Counted from the stretch's first letter, positions 13,440 to 26,287 are shown. The stretch: 64,000 nt of DNA from Paragordius varius (GCA_964247055.1 OZ176051.1:1488001-1552000), one strand, 5' to 3'. The notes: a model not told the origin generated them from the sequence alone. Translations and numbers: made by a program.

Positions 13440-14410
13440 GTGTCCCACATAACAAAATGGCAAAATTTGCGGACATTTTTTAAAATCAAATTTATGTAAG
13501 ATAGAGGCTGCATGCCAAAAATATCACTAAAGTTTATTAAACACTTCATATAAAAAGCAAAATATATACAAAAAATTTTAATTTTTAAATATGAGCTTCG
13601 AAAGTCCCAAATTTTTTTCCTCCTCTAAAATGAGCGTGTCTTCTTACTATCGCAAAAATTTCGGGTTTGGTTAATTTTTGATATTAACTAAAAAATCATT
13701 TTTATAAAACGCATACTTTTTTCTAAAAATTTAAGTTTTAGAAAAATTTTGCTGAAGCGTAGTCCATTTTATTTTAACATGATGAACTGTTTAAAAACGC
13801 TTTAAAATATTACCAAAATACTTTTCCTATATAATTCTCTGATGCTGAAAATTCTATCGCTTCAAAAAGGTTCGTTTGATTACATATTTAAGTAAATTTT
13901 TGTAAAAAACACAATATTTATTTAACATAATTTTGAAGACAAAAAAATAGTTTCATCAGATTTTGAGGTAATAGAAATGTTCAGCATCAACGAATTTTAT
14001 GAAAAAAGTGCTTTGATGATAATATAAAGCGTTTAACGTTTCCATTATGACTTACAATAGTATGAAGGAGGATTCAACAAAATTTTTCTGAAAATTAAAT
14101 TTTCGAAAAGGGTATGCTTTTTAAAAAAAATTTTTGGTTGATATTAAAATCTTATCACAAAATTAATATTTTATCGCAATCTTGTTTATTTAAGAGGACT
14201 AGCTTTTTAGAAGAGCGAAAAAATTTGGGACTTTCGGTTTTTATATCTAAAAGTTAAAATTTTTTGAAAATATTGTTTTCTTTTTATATGTAGTGTTCAA
14301 TATATTTTAGTAATATTTTTGGAATGCAACCTTTATCTTCCCCAAATTGATTTAAAAAAATATCCACAAATTTTGCCATAATGTGTTTACTACAACAAAT
14401 TTTGCCATGA
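13440..14410. repeat. Degenerate ~1 kb foldback (head-to-head copies of an abundant repeat module)
   Basis: The left arm (~13440-13870) is the reverse complement of the right arm (~13960-14400), e.g. GAAAGTCCCAAATTTTTT vs AAAAATTTGGGACTTTC and ATGGCAAAATTTGCGGA vs TCCACAAATTTTGCCAT. Related modules occur at ~12000-13400, 14600-15010, 28670-28900 and 53600-55200. Confidence 0.7.
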
Positions 14411-15702
14411 TCTGTTTACCACAAAATGTAATCAGGTTATTTTTACCCCAAATTGGCAGTGTTATCTTCCTTCTTTAATTCAATATACTATAAAACTCGC
14501 CTATATTTTCCATAGGCAAAATATTTTTTTGTCATAATTTGGCATTAAACTTTTTATTGCGCAATACAGACATTTTTACGTTTATTTCAAGCCAATTAGG
14601 TTTTAAAATTTAAGACTTTCGAACCCCACATCTAAAATACATACTTTATATACAGTTTAAGATGCACCCAAATTTTGCCATTCTTTGATATATAGCACTT
14701 ACCACAAAAGTGTTAAAGACTTTCTCAAATCACTGCTAAAGTCCAAAAAACATTATGATATCCTGAAACATTTTCCTATCAGAAAATATATATTTCATCA
14801 GGTGTGCGAACTGTGTAATTATAATTTTTTGTTTATTTAGCGGCCAAAAACAAGCAAAATATCCGCAAATTTTGCCATTTTCTGATCCACGAAAGTGGTA
14901 ACATTCCTATATCAAGCGTAAAAGCTCAAAACTAATAAAACCTTGAAAATCCTGATATATATTTTATTTATCACAATATATATATTTCATCAGGATATTT
15001 TTTGGACCCCTAATTTTGTGCGCAGTGAGAAGCACAATAGCAAAGCACCGTGAGAATCCTGATGACGTTGATATGAATTGATACTACTTATTGGAAACCT
15101 GATATTAGACAGCAGGACATCAGTGCATGGTTAAATTTTGCAAATTTAACCGATTTTTGTGGTATTTCCAAATGTAAGTTTAATTAAAATTAGCTTTAAT
15201 TTTAATTGAAGTACTTTGATATGGAACTTTTCTATTAAAATTAATTTAAAATTGGCCTGTGGTCCACAGTTGTGCCAATTTGAATTGAAGTGTCTGATAA
15301 AAAACCTTTTAATTTAAATAAAAAATTTCTTTCGATTATGATCATAGTAAAACTTGTTTAATTCATCTAAATTCAAAGTTGGTTTGAATATTTAATTGAT
15401 ATCCAATTTATACTCTAGTCTATTTTTATATAGGTTTAATGTTTTAGCATATTTAACAACAAAATTGCATTGAACTTTAATATATTCAATATAAATTAAA
15501 GGTTAATAAAGTAATATATGGAATAATAATTTTTTTTTCATCCTTTTAAATATATCCACCATATAAAATTGAAATTTCGAAGTTTAATCGCTACTCGTAA
15601 AAACTATTTACAAATGAATGTCACATGGAATTTATTCATTCACTTTTTGAAAAAGTTTGTTGCTGCTAAGCCTCTTTTCAAATTAGATGCATTTAAAATA
15701 GC

Positions 15703-17620
15703 ATGGAAAAGTATGAAGATTGGGATTCTTTTTTCGAAAGAAATACATTTGATGGTAAACATTTTTTAAATTTTAGAAAAATTAATTGGTGATTTTGAAA
15801 CAAAACTCCCAAAAAATGGTTTTTTGTTTATAATTGTTAGAAATTTATCATTACGGATTATATTCTTTTGATTGGAAGCAAGGATTATCATTAGTTAAAT
15901 GTAATATATGTTGTAAGAAAATTTTACCACAAGCATTTTATTGGCATTTAGGTTAAATATTTTATTAATTATCAGAATGCGATCACCCAAATATTGTGAA
16001 TTTAAATACTCCCAATAATGAAGTAAAATTGTTTTTTATTAGCAGGATTTTAATTTTCCTCCTTTAATTTATACCAAACCCTCCATCAAACTTGTTCTGA
16101 AAAGAATCGATGAATCGCATGTTAATACTTTTGTGGAAAAAACTTTTAAAACGACTTCTTTTCAAATTTCTTCAACAGCAAACCATACTAAACCACTTGT
16201 AAACTTATTTGATGAATCTCTTTCCAAAACACATGAACCCAAAATTAGCGATTCCGTTTTACGCAATCCCTATAATGAATGGTTTAAATATCATTTTAAC
16301 CGTTTAAATAAACGAAGGTTAAAATTAGAACGAAAGATACAGAAACTTCAATGCCTTATTGCGAAAGATGAACAAAATTTAATGAGTATTCACGATTTTA
16401 TACCCACACAAATATTAAATAACGAGACTCAAATTCAATCAACATTGGCTTATACCACAAACCCCACCTCTCAGCAAATGATAAATCAATATTCAGCTCC
16501 TATCTATACCTTAACTTTGGATAAAGAATATAAAAATCATAAAAGAAAGAAAAAAGATTCCGACACAAACAGTTTTGAGAATAATCTCCATGTAAATATC
16601 CTACTACCAGATTTAGATGTTTGCAATAATAATCCTAATTTTTTGGGAAAAAATGTATCCGTCCAATCAACCAAAGGAGTGCCTAATAGCCTTCTTTCAA
16701 CCTTAAGCAATAATGCCAATCTTTGCATTAAAGATGATTTTTATTCGAGCATTTATGGTGATATTAAGGATCGCACGCCAATTGATATTGCAGGTAAATG
16801 TGTCATCACAAAAGAGTTTATGTCCCCCCATAATAGGAATACTTTGCATTCTTTTACTCTTAACACTTATGCGGATAATCTACCTAAAAGTAGTATCATT
16901 GAAATATCACCAAATCATAGTCCCAAATTACAAGATACGAAAGAACATTTCGTATGCAGCACTGCTTTAAAGTTGGAAACACATAAAGCATTTTTTCCAC
17001 ATTTTCCCGAACGAAATGGGAACCATGCTGAATTAAATAGCCCACCTTCACCTAAAAATAATTTTTCACAAAAAATCGGTGATAAACCCGTAAATCACAC
17101 CGAGACAATACTGCGTTCCTTATCCGCTTTAGATAACGCCGTAGGCCACCAGAGTAGTAGAGAATTAAACGACGCTGCTTTTACTGACGATTATTTCGCT
17201 TGTGGAATCACAAAAGAACCAATCACATTGCCTTACATTTTGCAACAAAGCAATAATAATTACATTAATAGGTTTGACTTTGTAAACAACACTTTCTCCG
17301 ACAAAATCAATAATCACAAGGACCATAATTTCTTTTCAAATGCACCGACGTCTACAAAAACAACAGCTGGTCATTTCAACACTTCTAATAAAAGCATTAT
17401 CCCAAATAATATGCAAAAATTAGAGTCTTCCTCCCTGCGTCAACATAATGAAGTGTCGATTCCCCCTACTATTTCATTCAAAAATGTGGTAACTGGCAAT
17501 GATTTAAGCTATAAACGCAAAAATGTCATTAAATTAAACACTTCCACATCATTGATAAATCCAAATTTGAAAAAGGATAACAAAAATAAGATCCATATCT
17601 TACCCAATGGAATGCATTAA
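15703..17620 (+). CDS. Uncharacterised ~601-aa protein with a partial PHD-like motif (CNIC-SFYW-H-LE-C) and a long low-complexity N/S/K tail
   Basis: Exons 15703-15754, 15777-15818, 15841-15912, 15934-15951, 15976-16022, 16046-17620 join in frame through five introns of 22, 22, 21, 24 and 23 nt into the ORF-track frame starting 16133. The N-terminus reads MEKYEDWDSFFERNTFDEKLIGDFETKLPKNEIYHYGLYSFDWKQGLSLVKCNICSFYWHLECDHPNI. The start at ATG 15703 is inferred because an in-frame stop lies just upstream. Confidence 0.7.
15755..15776 (+). other. Tiny intron, 22 nt (GTAAACATTTTTTAAATTTTAG)
   Basis: Phase 1, needed to keep the frame open, A at -8. Confidence 0.75.
15819..15840 (+). other. Tiny intron, 22 nt (GTTTTTTGTTTATAATTGTTAG)
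   Basis: Phase 1, needed to keep the frame open, A at -8. Confidence 0.75.
15913..15933 (+). other. Tiny intron, 21 nt (GTAAGAAAATTTTACCACAAG); 3n and stop-free, so optional
   Basis: Strong GTAAG donor and A at -8. Removal gives PHD-type C-x2-C-x4-H-x2-C spacing. It is not required by the frame. Confidence 0.5.
15952..15975 (+). other. Tiny intron, 24 nt (GTTAAATATTTTATTAATTATCAG)
   Basis: Contains an in-frame TAA, so it must be removed; A at -8. Confidence 0.75.
16023..16045 (+). other. Tiny intron, 23 nt (GTAAAATTGTTTTTTATTAGCAG) with a TAGCAG tandem acceptor
   Basis: Phase 0; joins to the 1575-nt terminal exon. A at -8 holds only if the distal CAG is used. Confidence 0.72.
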
Positions 17621-19321
17621 AAAATCGTCATAATATTATTTATTATATATGTTTTTCTTCAGCTCTTTTAGTGATTTCTGTAATGCGGATTGTATTTCAA
17701 CATACTCAATACAGTATCAATCTTCAGGGAGCTTTTTCTGTTTCGAGTAAAATATTTGTTAGTACAATAAAAATCAAAAAGTAATTATCTAAGTTTTTCA
17801 TCAAAGAACTACAATTCAAATAGAAAATTTGTCGATTTTATAACGCGATCAAATTTTTAAATTAATCTTATATAGCATACTTTATTAAAATTAATTTTAA
17901 TTTATTCACAATCTTTTAACAATTCTTATCTCATTGGTTATAAACAAAAAATTAATGAATGAAAATAATTAAATTTATAAAAATGCATAAAGTTCGGGCC
18001 GAAATATAATGTTAAAGTGCACAATGTTTTATTCTGTTTAACTTTATATATATCGTGTTTGACACTCCATTACATTTTGGGGTTATTTTATATCCCAGAG
18101 TCAATTGAAATTTGACTATATTAAAAAGTTAAGGTATAAAGCCGATAAATATGCTTTCTTTAGCCTTTTAGGCGCATTATACAATTTTTTTTAAAAAATA
18201 TAAAATTGTAAAAAATGTCATCTCACACTTTTTATAAATTTTAAATTGCTAATGTAACAGACAATTGAATGCATATTATGGCTAAAAAATAAATCAACTT
18301 TAAGGAACAGGCTATATATCAGCAAAAAGATATATTTTGATTTCAATATCAGCTGTTCGTTTTGATGGTGTTTTGGAGTTTTTCGACTCTAAAAGTCACA
18401 AAACTACAAAAAATATAAGCTTTTTTACCTAATATATCAGAACAATTTTTGATATTAAATTTTAACCAAAACAACTTTTAAAACTTTAGTTTATTTACAA
18501 ATTTGAGCTCTAGGATATAAAACTACCCCAAAAGGTAAACTAGGGCAAATTCATAAGGTAATGAAGTTTTACAGCGTCATATTACGTTATATAAATAGTA
18601 CCAAAATATATAACTGCATATATTCATTTGTTGGTTTTGAGTTTTCCTAATCAAATTTTTGAATTTAGTTTAGTCAAAACCACTAAGAATATCAAATTAA
18701 AACCAAAAATGCATTTAATTATCCTGACACAATTTCGATTTGTTAAGTTTTTACGCATATTCTTTAACTCTTTTGTTATATATTTTATAATATAGGAAGG
18801 TTATTATTCAATACAATCCTGCCTTTCCTTAACCAACGGTGCCGAAAAACTCAACAAAATTCTTGTTGCATTTATGTGATACATTTATTTTTTTATATGT
18901 AAGTTGGTCTACACTATATACTTAATCATTAAAATATTCGCTGTTTGTTTCGAAATTTTATCACGAATCATAACTCAATTCTCTTAATGGTTATTTTGTT
19001 TGTTTGTGAATGAAGATTATTACTAGTCTTAAAATTTGGATTTTGTGTCAGCCTTTATAAAACTTCAACAAAATATGTATGCTACTATGTAGTATCAGGC
19101 GTCAAATTATTAAAAGACATATATTAAAATTTTATGCATGTATGTATACTCAATGATAATATAATGTTTCTCTTGGATATTTAATGTATTACATAGTGAA
19201 TGAATAAAATTATTTATTTAATATGATTTATTTTATTAAAGCTTTTAAATGTTATATACATATATCAGCGATGGCTTATATTATCCTTTTTTAAATTTCT
19301 GAGTTCCAACTGCTTTGTATA

Positions 19322-19572
19322 CCATTTTTCAGTCAATAGCAACATTTTTCGACCAAACCCAAAATTTTTAAGCAAACTCAGCATTTTTTTACCAAAAGAA
19401 ACATTTATAAGCAAAAACAATTGAAAATTTTTACGGTTGCTTAAAAAATTGCCGTTTGGTTGAAAATTGTACCTTTGATTGAAAAAAATGTTGCGTTTGG
19501 ATTAAAAATGTTGCGATTACTTAAAAAATTGTTGCGTTTGGTTGAAAAAGTGTTACTTTTGACTGAAAATGG
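19322..19572. mobile_element. MITE with CCATTT-CAG ends, TATA flanks and ~21-bp internal subrepeats
   Basis: TATA|CCATTTTTCAGTCA ... TGACTGAAAATGG|TATA, with internal AAAAATGTTGCGTTTGG-like units in inverted arrays. Confidence 0.7.
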
Positions 19573-20327
19573 TATATCATTTTTTCGATTTAAGGCGAAG
19601 ATCCCACGGGTCTCTACCTCTTTATTCAGATACATTCAAACATTCTTTTGATGTATTATTCTTTTTTTCACCAAAGCTTTCGAATTCCCAAATAAGGTTA
19701 ATGTTAAATAAATAATAATTTGCCAAGAAAACAGCACTATAGAAATCTTTTCCCTGCCATACCTAAAACAATATTAAATTGAAATTATTTGAAAAATACC
19801 GATTATATTGCACCCAATTTAATAATGTGCTTTAGTTATGAAGTTTATCAAAAATCCCCGTTTCATGCCGCCAAATGTTTTTTGCTATATTTTGTTACAA
19901 AAACTGGCAAGTAAAAATATACGATACTAAAATAAATTTCCATTAATTTTAATATAATTTGGCAGCAATTTTTATCAATATCGATTTTCGCAATTATTCG
20001 AATAGTATAATTAAGGTTTTGGTAAAATTTAATCAAATGATATGTATATTTAAATATGATAGTATAAAAGCCCATATTCTTAAATAAAATATAATATGTG
20101 ATGAATTGTGAAATCGATCGTGTAAGAAAATACGGTGCCAGGTACAAAGCTATAATATTTTTATGAATTTTAGGACCTTTATTACTGATTTGATTTCGGT
20201 AGAATTGAGATATTAATAATCTAAGACGAAAATGAAGTTGCGCTAAAAACTTATAAATACTATTTCGGACATCAATGCTGAATCTTAATTTAGAGTTCAA
20301 CGGTGAACCCAATACTTTTATAATAAA

Positions 20328-20918
20328 CTAGCGTAAATATCGTGCTTCTACGCTGCCCGAGGAAATCTTTCGGACTTATGGGGGGGGGGGGGGGGGCTAT
20401 TTGAAAAAAGGGAAATAAAATGACTCACATATGTGAATTATTTTGAAACATTATTCAATAGCTATGATCTCATGGGAATTTCAAAACGGTGCATTCATAC
20501 TAATATATTCTTGGGCAATAAATAGATTCAAAAATTATTTTTGTGGACTTTGTTTTTTGAAAAAAATGACATTTTACGGGTGGAGCGGGTAAAAAGAGGG
20601 CCTACATTAAAAAAGCGAGACGACTATGTTCGGCGCAATTGTAAATAACAAAACAAACATTTAAATTTGAATAATCCAACACGTTCTTCGGAAAATTGTC
20701 TCAAAGACACGATTTTTGTGGACTTCTGTTTTCCAAAAAACCCGTTTTTTACACGGGGTGGGCTCGAACTAGGGGCCTAATTCCAAAAAAAGGGCGCAGC
20801 TATTGTCGGGTCATTCATTAATGATTATATTTTTTTGATATTTGGATTTGAATGGGTATACCGCTTTTCCGGTACCAGATCACAAAGCCAGCATTTTCCA
20901 TTTTTATAAATATATAGA
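20328..20918 (-). mobile_element. Non-autonomous Helitron, 591 bp
   Basis: On the minus strand it starts A|TCTATATATTTATAAAAATG and ends CTAG|T, i.e. inserted between A and T with no TSD. A degenerate hairpin lies near the 3' end and a G17 run is at 20380-20396. A homologous copy is at 63527 onward. Confidence 0.72.
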
Positions 20919-21522
20919 TTAGGCATCTATTGCAATAAGGCTACCTTGGAATAGCTATAGGCTGATTATTTGTTACAAAAAATATTGAATTTTATATAGC
21001 AGGAAAACAAAAATTTTAAATAATTACTATTAAAATAATAATAATTGGGGTGTTCGCAACATTTTAATACCCATATACTCCGTATGCCAAATTTAAAGCA
21101 AACGCTGCAAATATTTGATATCTAAATACATAAATAAATGGTCAAAACTTCAACACTATGTGATATATTTGTTATAAAAGTTTTAATTAGATATCATATA
21201 GGCTATATTAAGATGGCGTATATTTCCAAATATAAAACATTATTTAAATGACTGTTAAATTTTTAAATTGGGATATTTAGCTCAAAAATATTTTATTATT
21301 GAATTCTTTTGTAAATATCTTGATTTTCAAATATAATACTCCTCTTAAAATAGTGATAAATACAGGTAACTCGCATCGATTATGTAGAAAAAGTGTTTTT
21401 ATAATATTGAAATTTTTAATTTTAATTCCTCAAAGATACTTGTATAATTTTTAACAAATTTACTCCCTAAGATATTATATCCAATTAAATATCATTCCAA
21501 TAAATTGTGCCATACCATAACA

Positions 21523-21806
21523 CAGGCGTGGCCAACCTTTTTTTTCCGCGGGCTACTTTTTTGGAAGAAATTTTCACGCGGGTATGTATAAATATTAAGT
21601 ATTAAAATATCGCTATATATCTCTATTTACGGTATGGGGTGATTAGCTTAGGTCCTAAATTATTACAAAAAATAATTATTTTTGTGTAGTTATTTTTATA
21701 TGAGAAAAAATTTTTTATATAAAAATATTTTTTAAAAAATTTTAGGCTGTCACGTTTTAAAATGCGGGCACGAAGTCGACTGCGGTCGACCGTTCGGCCA
21801 CCCCTG
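21523..21806. mobile_element. hAT (Buster-type) MITE, 284 bp
   Basis: TIRs CAGGCGTGGCC / GGCCACCCCTG (10/11). The 8-bp TSD is CCATAACA / CCATAAAA (7/8) with central TA. Confidence 0.8.
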
Positions 21807-21859
21807 CCATAAAATATAAGAATTTTATTTTCTTCCCATATTGTTAAAAAACGAGAGCT

Positions 21860-22550
21860 TAAGATTCTAGCAAAAACAGGTTCTGATTCTAACCGTCTAG
21901 AAACCAGTCCGGTTCTTGTTTTACCTTCAAAATAACTGGTCCCACAGGTTTTTATTTTTAAATAATATTTATTGTTTCAATTATTATTTAAATCGATTGT
22001 ATGATAACATTTATTCTGGGTTTCCATCAAAATCAAATGACCACCATAATTTTAAAATTTGATGTTTAACTATCTTTTTTCATAAAAATTGATCATATGA
22101 TAACACTTTTTTCTCGAATCCGATTGAAAGGTATCACCATGTTGACAACTTTTTTAAATATCGATATACCCTATACAGGCATAATTTCTGAGAAGTAGTT
22201 TCCAAATTACTTGGTGCAATCATTTATAAAGTTGTATAAAGATTTCCTCCATAGATGCGATAGTATGCAACTTATCACTTATACATTTAGCTATATATTT
22301 TTCTAACAAATTATGATTTGATTTACAGTTGTTGATATTTTGGTTTATATTAAAATTGTGAAGAAACTGTTGTGTGATCTGATCTTTTTAATGAAGAATC
22401 AGTATCCAAAATGGAGCCGGTTCTAAATATAAACCGGTTTTGATTATATAATTTTTGTGGTAAATAGGGTGGCTTAAAACCGGATCGAAAAAAATGGAGT
22501 TGGAACCGAGGTGGTTTATGGACAGTTGGAACCAGAACCGGATTGGATCT
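21860..22550. mobile_element. Old element with degenerate terminal inverted repeats rich in GAACCGG/CCGGTTC
   Basis: GGTTCTGATTCTAACCGTCTAGAAACCA near 21880 matches the reverse complement of TGGTTTATGGACAGTTGGAACCAGAACC near 22515-22540. No clear TSD. Confidence 0.4.
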
Positions 22551-24239
22551 TATACTTTAAGTCAGACCTGTCTACCACAAAGGTTGCAACCCTTGAAAAA
22601 ATTCCCTCCGGTTCTATAGTCCAAAACAACTAATTAACATTATTTTTCTATAGGGATATTGTTATTCATAAAAATATTAAAGTCAACGCTATTTTTAGCA
22701 AAAAAACACTAAACAAAATTTTTATTTGGTTTTGCACGTGTTGATCCCTAATAGAATTTAAATAAATTTAAACTCTTTCAATATAAAAGCAAAAACGGTG
22801 GTAAGCAATGATTATGGTTTTTCGTGGTGTGGTTTTTAAGTAATTAAAACTCCGATAAAAAGATTTTTCAAGTAGAAATGGAACCAAGTTAATATCAACT
22901 CATCGAATACTGATCAAATCTTTTGGGAGAAATATTTATGTTTTGCCTTCAAAATTTGTTTTTAATTCAAGAAAAAATAAAATTTATTTTAAATTTATCG
23001 ATAAACATGGAACAAGTTAAATTTTGCATATTTTAATTAAACGCAATGGATAAGACGTGCCTAATTTTTTTATAATCATACCGTGTTGTTGTTTTATATG
23101 TTTTTTTGAATCTATTTTTACCTTTTTTCATAGTTGGGGACAAACATAACAGGTCATTGCTAAAATTAATAAAAAAATGTTTTTATTTTTATTAACTGCT
23201 TTTCTATCCACGCTGTACGTTGGACACACATTCGAAAACAATCAAAGTAACTTTTTTTAATTAAAATATTTATCATTAGCCTAAAATTTCTCGGTTCCAA
23301 AACAGAAAAAATGATTAATAAAACTGTTTAATTTATTAACGGTAATAAATGTAATTATTTGTCATAACTCGTATGAAGTATCATAAATGTTTGACAATTT
23401 TATATTATTGAAATTTTTTATTGTTTAAATTTTCGTTAAATATTTACCAAACCTCTATTTTAAAACTAGGCTAAATATTAATCTCTATTAAAATCAATGT
23501 GATCTCTCTCCATAAAACAAGTATTGGTATTGATAAAAAATACACATTTTATACTATTTTTATGATTAAATTAAAAGGTAGTTTATTGGAATATATAATT
23601 ATGATATAGGGAAATGAAAATTATCTTAATATTAAATTTAAAACGGTAGAAAAACCAAAGCTATTTGGGTTGAGTTACTCACCCTTAGTTTTAATGAGAT
23701 CAGTAAAAATGAGTTTATATTAACCTAATTTTGGTTCCACTGTGTTAAAAAGCCATTTTTCTGGTTTCACCTAAAACATAATCGAACTTTTCCATATTGA
23801 TTCCTATTTTGCGAAAAAATAAGTAAAAAATTTTTTCCTCTATTTTAGAAAATTTAAAACAGATACCAAAGATTATTTTTCTTGGACTTTTTTCAAATAG
23901 TCAAACTTTGTAAAAAAACTTGCGTAAGATAATTCATCAAATAAAGGTTAATTATAAATAATATATTTCAAAATAGAAATTATTATTTAGATTATTTTTT
24001 GGATATTTATTAAGCTGGACTGTTTTTATGCATGCTTAAGTTTATGCAATTCAAAATTTGAACTATAAATCATATTTATTAACTTATATATAGTCTGAGG
24101 TTTTCAGATGCCCCAATTTAAATCGAAGTGTTAATATATATTTACCATGTTTTAATGTACTGAAAGAAACGGTCCCAATTTAAGTTTTTGCTTCTATCCT
24201 AATAAATTATATAAATAAGTAAAAATGTCCAAATAAAAT

Positions 24240-24780
24240 TAATTTTTAAAAAGTTCCATATCAAACTACTTAGACACCATTTTTAACAACATTTTGGCAA
24301 AATATCGTGTTTATTTGATTCTAACGCTAAAGTTAAAACAAATATAATAAATTAATTCACATCCAAAATTGATAAAAACAGAAAAAATGTTTATTTTGTA
24401 TAATTTCTAAATTGCACACATGTCATATTGACTAAATTTTTACCTTTTAGTTTTAACTTAAAATAAGTAAATGAATTTTTTTTGTGTCGCGGTACATTAA
24501 TGTTATACAAGTGCAAACTTTTGTCATGGTTAAAATTCATTCCATCTTTTTCGAATTATTTAAATTTAAACAGGCCTGGGGTATCCAACGACCCCACTTT
24601 GAATCGAAGGACTAAAATGAATGTATTGTATCCATGTGTAAATAATTTTACACGGTTTTTTGAAAACGGCAATAATTTAATTATCGCTATTTTTCGCCTC
24701 TACCGAACGAATGTAAAAAACCAGGGCTTGGGTAAAAACCATTTTTGTAAACCGAAACCATAAGCTATTTTTCCTTTCTG
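24240..24780. repeat. Diverged interspersed repeat, copy 2 (homologous to ~10940-11480)
   Basis: Same colinear motifs as copy 1. Confidence 0.7.
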
Positions 24781-25736
24781 TTACCTAAATTTTTTCAAAC
24801 GGATCTAAAAAATATTTTTTAATATTATAAATAGCTTTTCTTTTGTAGATATTCATAAGTTTTTTTTCAAGTATAGCAGAAAAGTTGCATATTCTTGTAC
24901 GTATGTTTATATATTTGTAAAAATTGATATTATACGGACCTGTAAAAATATAAAGACAAAAATTTTTTTTCAAAAGATAACCATACTTTTTTACACCTTA
25001 ATATATCCTATGAAAACATTTAATTACAATCGTAAAATACATAATTGAATATACCAATTTACAATTTAATATTATACTTTGTAGTTTGAAACAATGAATT
25101 ATATTTAAAAAAAACAAGATTAAAAGAGTATGGTTGTATTTTAGAAAAAAATATTTGCCTTTATATTTTCACGTTTGTCCGTATAATTATTTTTACTGTA
25201 ATACGCCGGTGAATTTAAAAAAAAACTGATATCCGCATTTTAATAAAAAATAATGGAACCAAAAGCCTTCACTTCTGAACCGCCTTTTTCCAAAAATATT
25301 ATTTTGTGAACAAAACGGAATTCAAAAAATTAACTTAGAGCCCAAATTAAAAACTGTTTTGGTAACGATCCCTAAAAACTATTTATCCAACATAAATTTA
25401 CAAACATTGTAATAAGCGTTAACATTTAATCTTTATAAGTTAATAAGGTTTCTGTCAAACTTACAAGTATTTTGCAGTGTTAGTTACATTTTGAAACACA
25501 AGTAATATATCTAAGACTTTGAACATAACCAATGGTCAGTTATCCTGTTCCTAATGTCAAGTTATTGGAAATACCTGGTTCGTTTTCCATTTTTTTTAAA
25601 TTGCCTCGATATTTCGATTGATATAAAGCATCTTATTACCAAAACTTATTAAAATTCACCATTTCTTGTATTTTGAAAATTAGTTTTTAATTGATATTTC
25701 GAAACCCTATAATAACTACACACTTTTAGTAGTTGG

Positions 25737-26011
25737 CAGAGGCATAGCTAGAGGGGGGAGGGAAGGAGGGCTGATGACCGGGCTCTTTAGTTAAAGGGGC
25801 GCCGGATTTCAAGTAATTTTAAATTTATTTCAAAAATAGCTATTTAAAAATTATTATTTTGAATAATAAGTAAAAAATCACCCACTTATGAGTGGTCATG
25901 ACCACGGTTTAAATTTGATAATATTTTAAGATGCAAGGGGTCGCATGGAGGGCGAGGGGACGTCATTACGGATGAATTCCTCAGGCGCGAGAAATGCATG
26001 CTACACTTTTG
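25737..26011. mobile_element. Possible old hAT-like MITE upstream of the phosphatase
   Basis: GC-rich island starting CAGAGGCATAGCTAG and ending GCTACACTTTTG. The 8-bp flanks match only 5/8. Confidence 0.3.
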
Positions 26012-26287
26012 GCAATCGGTTTAATATTTTATGTACTAATCCCTAAAAACGTAACTAACACCAATTCCGAAATATCCTGAAGTATTTTACTAAGAAAAAA
26101 TAATTCATATCCATAAAGTTATTTATTAGCGAAAATCATTTTAAAAAAAATTCAAATATATATCTAATCATATCAATAATTATCCCATAATTAATATACC
26201 AATAAAAAATTAGTAAATTTGGTAGAATATAGTACTTGAATAAGTTTGACATATAATTTTACCATAGTTTTTTCCCTTACGTCTTAG

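Noticed and set aside
15026-15173. Apparent upstream exon (QQDISAWLNFANLTDFCGISK, GTAAG donor) for the 15.7-kb gene
   Set aside because: All frames contain stops. The sequence matches the local repeat family (AAAGCACC-TGA..CCTGAT; compare 12846 and 54466), and no phase-compatible junction to 15703 was found.
15665-15686. Possible 22-nt GC-AG intron extending the gene upstream
   Set aside because: It leads into the wrong frame and has C, not A, at -8.
15569-15769. ORF-track peptide with a faint SNAPC1-like look (AFKIAWKSMKIGILF)
   Set aside because: Splicing this frame at the 15755 donor hits an immediate stop, whereas the alternative frame from ATG 15703 stays open through five introns.
26267-26287. 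Possible 21-nt intron at the 5' end of the phosphatase
   Set aside because: The upstream exon would have an in-frame TAA at 26254-26256 and no ATG, and -8 is C.
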